Assembly (NCBI GenBank): GCA_004022145.1
Contig: RCNU01000053.1
Source: Paecilomyces variotii
Taxonomy: Eukaryota
DNA length: 14,891 bases
Reading direction: 5' to 3' (one strand)
The position numbers were made by a program, and so were the translations under genes. The notes beneath the pieces are model-generated. The model saw nothing but the letters and a program-made list of their open reading frames with translations. It was not told where the DNA came from and ran no database searches. Within the stretch, counting starts at the first letter, position 1. The number at the start of each line of letters is the position of its first letter. This document shows, piece after piece, positions 9,850 to 14,891 of the stretch.

Positions 9850-12370
9850 TTATTTATAGAGTTACTTATACTTCTATAGTTTAGCTAGTAGTTTAAAATG
9901 CTAATTATATTCTTAAATAAATTCTTAAGTATTAGTTAAGTTCTTAAGATAATACTATATATTATAATAAGTATTATATCTCTTTTAATAGACTAAATAT
10001 TTAATAATAGTTTTATCTTAAACTTACTAGATATAATAATTAAGTAATATCTTAATCTTATAATAATTAATGCTAATATTATCTATATTAATATATAATA
10101 GCGGAATATTATTAAAGAGTATAAAATATTTAAAGAGATTATTTATATAATATAGCTTTAAATAAGTAATAGAGAAGATATTATAATATTTCTAATAAGC
10201 TAAGATATTTAGCTAATATATAAAATATTTAATTCTATACTTAACTATAAGTAGTCCTATATACTGTATTAATAACTTCTTATTAAAGATAGCTATACTA
10301 GAGATATTATATCTATAATATAATCTTAGTAAAATTTTATTACTAGGGATAAAATAAATTAGCTAGTAATTTTTATTATATATACACTTAATATTTATAA
10401 TAGCTAAGTAAAGTACTTTATATATATTAAGTTATAAGATAAAGTCTTAGATTTCTCTATTATAGAGGTTTATAGCATTATTTAATCTAGTACTATATAT
10501 TAAATTATATAGAGATCTTATTATAGTAAATAATAGGCTAAAATTTAATATTAATTATATTAATAGCAGAATTTTAAGCTAAGCTATAATATCTTCTAAA
10601 GTAACTAAATAATATTATAAAATAATTTTAGCTATTTAATTAATTTACTCTAACTATTTATTAATCTGCAGGTAATATATTATTAAATAAAGTAACTTAG
10701 TATTAAAATACTTAAATAAGCCTTTCTATAGATTTAATAGAAACTTTAAATTATAATCTAATAAAATTACTAATAAAATGCCTTAATTATTAATCTAGAG
10801 TTATTTAAGTAATACTAATACTTAGTCTTTAGCTATTTATATATTTTATCCTAATATAAATATAACTTACTTTATAAATTTATAAGTAATAATTAAGATT
10901 TAATTATATAGTCTTATATTTAGTAATCTTATAATAAAGTCTATAATAATTATATAAAAAGAAATATTTAATGTAAGAATAAGCTAATAACTGCTATAAG
11001 GTATATAATAATATATTTAGTTTATTTAGCATAAATAATAATACTTAATATATACTTTAACTTACTTTATAAGTCTATAAATTATAAAGTTATAAATATT
11101 AATAATTATCTAGTAATACTTAGAGTATTTTATACTATTATAAGCTATTTTAAAAATATCTTTAAAGACTAACTATAGTATATAAAGATATTATATATTA
11201 TTAGTATTAACTATATAAAGGAGTTTATTATAAATTATAAAAGGAAAATATATAGAATTTATATTATCTTATAATATAGTAAGAATCTTAAATTAATAAA
11301 GATTAATTTTATAGCTATTCTTTAATTAAGTTTTAAACTTCTTTAATAACTTAATAAAAGTTATATTATATTATAGCTTATTCTTAGTATTATTAATATA
11401 TATAGTCTTAAGAAATATAATAGCTAAATAGTATTTAATATCTTCTAATATAAAAGTATTTAGCTTAATAGAAAGTAATTTAAGATATAATAATATATTA
11501 GCAATAATATTATTATATCTTAGCTTATATATAAGTATAAGATTAAATCTCTATATATATTATAATATTAAGATAAAGTATAAGTTAATTTAATCTATAA
11601 ATATTAATTAAAGAAATATTTATTTAATAATTATAATTATAATATTATAGTCTATAAAAATAATTAGTAGCTTTTAATAGATTTTAATAATATAGTATAT
11701 CTTATATAGTATTTATACTAAATATACTATCTTTATTTCTATTAGCTAATATTTCTTTTTAGCTATATTAAGCTGCCTTAAAAGGAATATAATTAGCTAA
11801 ACTTTTAATTAGTTAAATATAGCTTTAAGAGATTTATAAACTATAAAAAGATAGTAATTATTTAATTAAGCCTTAATATTACTATAAAGATAGTATAATA
11901 TAATATTAAAGCTAGAGATACTAATATTAATATTAAAGTAAAGCTAATACTTTAAGTTATAATATATAAGAAAGAATAAATTATTAAAGTACTTTTAAAT
12001 AATATTATAAATATTTATCTTAGCTTATAAGAATATAGCTAAAATTATATTCTTTATAAAACTCTATTATATTTTATCTTTTATAAAAGCTTTACTAAAA
12101 AGTGCTATTTTTTAATCTTAAAATAACTATATAATTCTAGTATATTAAGAGATATACTGCCTAAACTATCCTATTAAGCTAAGGTATAACTTTAAGGCTT
12201 AAGCTATATAAAGAAATAGAATATTAACTATAGCCTTTACCTTCTTACTAATAGTACTTATTTCTAATAAGTTAATATAATAACTTAATAGCTATATAGA
12301 GAGAAATCTTATAAAGAACTTCTTAGGGTTAAGCCTAATATTTAATTCCTATATTTTTTTAAAAACCTTA
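9850..12370 (-). pseudogene. pol remnant of element C (RT C-terminal part, RNase H, integrase, chromodomain)
   Basis: RT: LNPKKFFIRFLSI*LLSYYINLLEIS ~12255-12333 (LNPKKSFIGFPSIQLLGHHVDSLGMS). RH: V*LIIFLLRQLNIAKKKY*LIEIK ~11730-11802 (VQPIMFLSRQLNAAEKKYWPTEME). IN: ILLDYNLKF ~10741-10767 (ILSDRDPKF) and LLYLIIYYLQINK*LE*IN* ~10636-10695 (LLYSTAYHPQTDGQSERTNQ). Chromodomain 9907-10062 with KYLVY*KRY at 9976-10002 (EYLVRWKGY). Confidence 0.93.
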
Positions 12371-12501
12371 TATATAAAGCTTAAAAAGTAATTTCTTTAA
12401 GCTACTTAATTTTATTAAAATAAAATTATTCTTAAAGATTTTTTTAAAGTAAAATCTTTATTATATTAAAACTTACTAGTTTTAATTATTATTTTATAAT
12501 A
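12371..12501 (-). repeat. Partial 3' LTR of A' (131 of 273 bp)
   Basis: Matches 1793-1923 and 6840-6970. Similarity stops at 12371. Confidence 0.92.
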
Positions 12502-14891
12502 CTTTTCTTTAATCTAGACTTACTAAATTAATTAATCTTAATTAATTTAAAAATCTTAAGAAGTTTATCTTTAATAGTAGTTTAATAAAACTATTTATTA
12601 TTATATTCTATATTTTAATAAACTTAATATTAATCTTATTTCTTTAATATAAATTATATATATAATAATATATAATATTAATATACTTTAATCTTTTATA
12701 AATATAAGTATCTCTAATTAATAATAATAATACTTAATTATCTTTATAGACTTTAATTAGAGAATTAATAATAAAAGCTTATTTTTCTCTTATTATTAGC
12801 TTAAATTTATTTAAATTAATATAATATCTATATCCTATATCTTTTAAAAGAAGGACTAATTATTAAAATTATTTTATAGCTTAATATATAGCTATATATT
12901 TAGCTTTTATAGTTAAAGTTATAATAAACTTTTATTTCTTATTTAATTAATTTATTAAACTACTAGTTAAAATAAAAATATTCTCTAAGATTAATATTTA
13001 ATTAATCTTATTTATTATATAATTTAAGTTTAAATATTTAATAAATTACTAGTCTTAATTTATATTAAACTTAAGACTAAAATATATAGTTAATTATAAA
13101 TATCTTATAAAAGACTTTAATATCTTAAAATACCTTTTAAATAAATCTAATAGATATTAACTTAATTTACTTATTATAAATATAATATTTAGTCTTATTA
13201 AAATTATTAAATAAATTAAGTTATTAATAATCTTTTAATACTTTTTTTAATTTATTTTTTTATTCTAAAGGCTAAATAATTTTAAAGAATTATATCTGTT
13301 TAATAGAATATTAACTAAATATATCTTTTTCTTATTTATTCTATATTATAATAAGAGTTTTTTAATATAATAAGATTAGTCTATTATTAATATTTAATCT
13401 TTTTTATTTTAAATAACTTAAATATTAAGAATCTTTTTTACTTCTCTTAAATCTTTTATTTTATATATTAATTTAAACTCTTGTTTAAACTAATAAATAT
13501 TCTCTATTTACTTTATATTAATTAAAATATTATTAATATATATTAGAAGTAAAATCTCTTTTTTTAAATATTATAATAAGTATAGATTAATATTAATCTA
13601 TATAAAATCTATTTTTTAAAGTATTTCTATATAGATTTAATTCTAATTTCTTATAGCTTATTTTAAACTATATAAAGATTAAAAAACTTTTAATACTATT
13701 TTTAATAATATATTTATTTTTAATAGAGATATTATATAGATTTCTTTCTTTAATATTAACTTTATAAAGATATTATTAATATTTATAATATAATACTTAT
13801 AATTCTTTATTATAATAATAGCTAAGAATATTTATAGTATATTATATTATAAGATAGAAGTAAAGATATATTTAAAATTAATACTATATTTCTAGATAAA
13901 CTCTTAAATAATAAAATATATTTTAAGCTTTTAAAGAGAACTATTTAAATTATACTTTATAGCTAATATTTAATAGCTAATTATAATATTAGCTTTTAAT
14001 AATAATATAACTATTTTAAAAATTCTATTTACTTAAAGTATATTTATTTTAGCTTTAAATATACTCTACTATAATTTACTTTAAGTAAAGTTATTAATTA
14101 TAGTATAATATAAGTTTAAGATTAAAATATATTCTTTTACTATATATATTACTATTATAGTATTTAATATTTATTCTATATATTTCTCCTAATTTATATT
14201 AATATTTAAAGATAAGAGATTTAATATAAGTATTACTTAATATAACTTTTTAGCATTTTATTTATTATTTAATAACTTAACCTTTTCTCTCTTATACTTT
14301 ACTATATAGAGAATCTTTATATAAGATATAATTTGCCTGCTTAGTAAGAATAAGAGGTTTATTTATAAATTCTTATAATTATTTAAATTATTAAAATAAA
14401 GATAATTAAATATCTTTTTTTATTTTATAATTTTATTATAATAAAATATCTTTATTTCTTTTTAGTAAAAAGCTTTTTTTTCCTTTTAAAAAAATATTTT
14501 AATTTCTTTTTAATAAAAAGCTTCTTTTTTCTTTTAAAAAAAATTAAAACTTTCTTATAACTCTTCTTTTAATTATTAATATTATTTTTCTTTTTATTTA
14601 AGAGTATATATATATTTAAAATAATAGGCTAAGTTACTAATTAATCTTTTAAATTTTTATTAATATTATATTTAATAATAATCTTTAGAGAATCTTAAGG
14701 TTTAAATCTTTTTTTAATTTATTCTTAAAGAACTTAGTTTAATAGGTTTTAATAGTCTTTCTTATATTTAAAGCCTAAAATTTTTATTATTTATTTATTT
14801 CTTTAATATATTTTATAAAATATAGATTTTATCTTAATTTATTAATTTATCTCTCTATATCTTATAGTAGAAATTCTAGGTTTATATTAAT
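12371..14891 (-). mobile_element. Second copy of the copia family (element A'): truncated 3' LTR, PPT, RNase H, RT and IN-RT linker; runs off the right edge
   Basis: Colinear with 1793-~4287. Offset is 10578 up to ~14446 and about 10600-10604 after a 24 bp insertion. YVDD remnant at 13529-13540 and PPT at 12502-12512. Differences from A are mostly transitions. Confidence 0.96.

Larger units (their letters stand above)
9522..12370 (-). mobile_element. Second Ty3/gypsy chromovirus (element C, different family from B): 3' portion from late RT to the 3' LTR
   Basis: Gypsy domain order RT-RH-IN-chromodomain on the minus strand, followed by a purine tract and an LTR-like segment. Motif wording differs clearly from B. 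Confidence 0.9.
1..14891. other. RIP-degenerated, AT-rich transposon block (fungal heterochromatin-like region)
   Basis: Seen: CA/TG and CG dinucleotides are very rare, TA is pervasive, and repeat copies differ almost only by C/T and G/A transitions. Established: this is the RIP signature of Pezizomycotina. Confidence 0.96.

Noticed and set aside
11041..12120. Possible degenerate plus-strand ORF (only TAA/TAG stops)
   Set aside because: RIP removes TGA from every frame, so this is uninformative. The minus strand gives clear gypsy RNase H and integrase motifs here.
1651..12501. CRISPR-like or other regularly spaced array formed by the thrice-occurring repeat
   Set aside because: The repeats are 131-273 bp, kilobases apart, and carry PBS/PPT/TSD context, so they are LTRs.
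1..14891. Organelle DNA, AT-rich endosymbiont or protist sequence, or an alternative genetic code reading TAA/TAG as sense
   Set aside because: TAA/TAG fall at conserved Gln, Trp and Arg positions alike, other motif residues are also altered (D>N, G>S, H>Y), CA/TG are specifically missing, and repeat copies differ by transitions. This indicates RIP, not recoding.
14888..14891. Apparent loss of similarity to copy A in the last few bases, a possible new junction
   Set aside because: Only four bases are visible, and a small indel in a TA run explains it equally well.

Overview
Extremely AT-rich window (roughly 15-20% GC by eye, not counted) with almost no CpA/TpG and a large excess of TpA. This is the signature of repeat-induced point mutation (RIP) in a filamentous ascomycete. 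No intact gene is visible. Translating the minus strand and allowing for C>T/G>A changes accounts for essentially the whole window as a nest of dead LTR retrotransposons, all on the minus strand. Element B is a Ty3/gypsy chromovirus at 1-1650 and 6971-9521. Element A is a structurally complete 5.3 kb Ty1/copia element at 1651-6970, inserted in the RNase H of B, with two 273 bp LTRs, a target-site duplication (TSD), a primer-binding site (PBS) and a polypurine tract (PPT). Element C is a second, different chromovirus at 9522-12370 whose 3' LTR interrupts the gag of B. Element A' is a second, more heavily RIPed copy of the copia at 12371-14891, with a truncated 3' LTR abutting the RT of C. I found no evidence for a new functional system. 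The points of interest are the nesting history, a probable non-canonical TG..CT LTR end, purely transition-driven LTR divergence, and the RIP context bias. Protein motifs labelled de-RIPed are my inferred ancestral readings, not literal translations.
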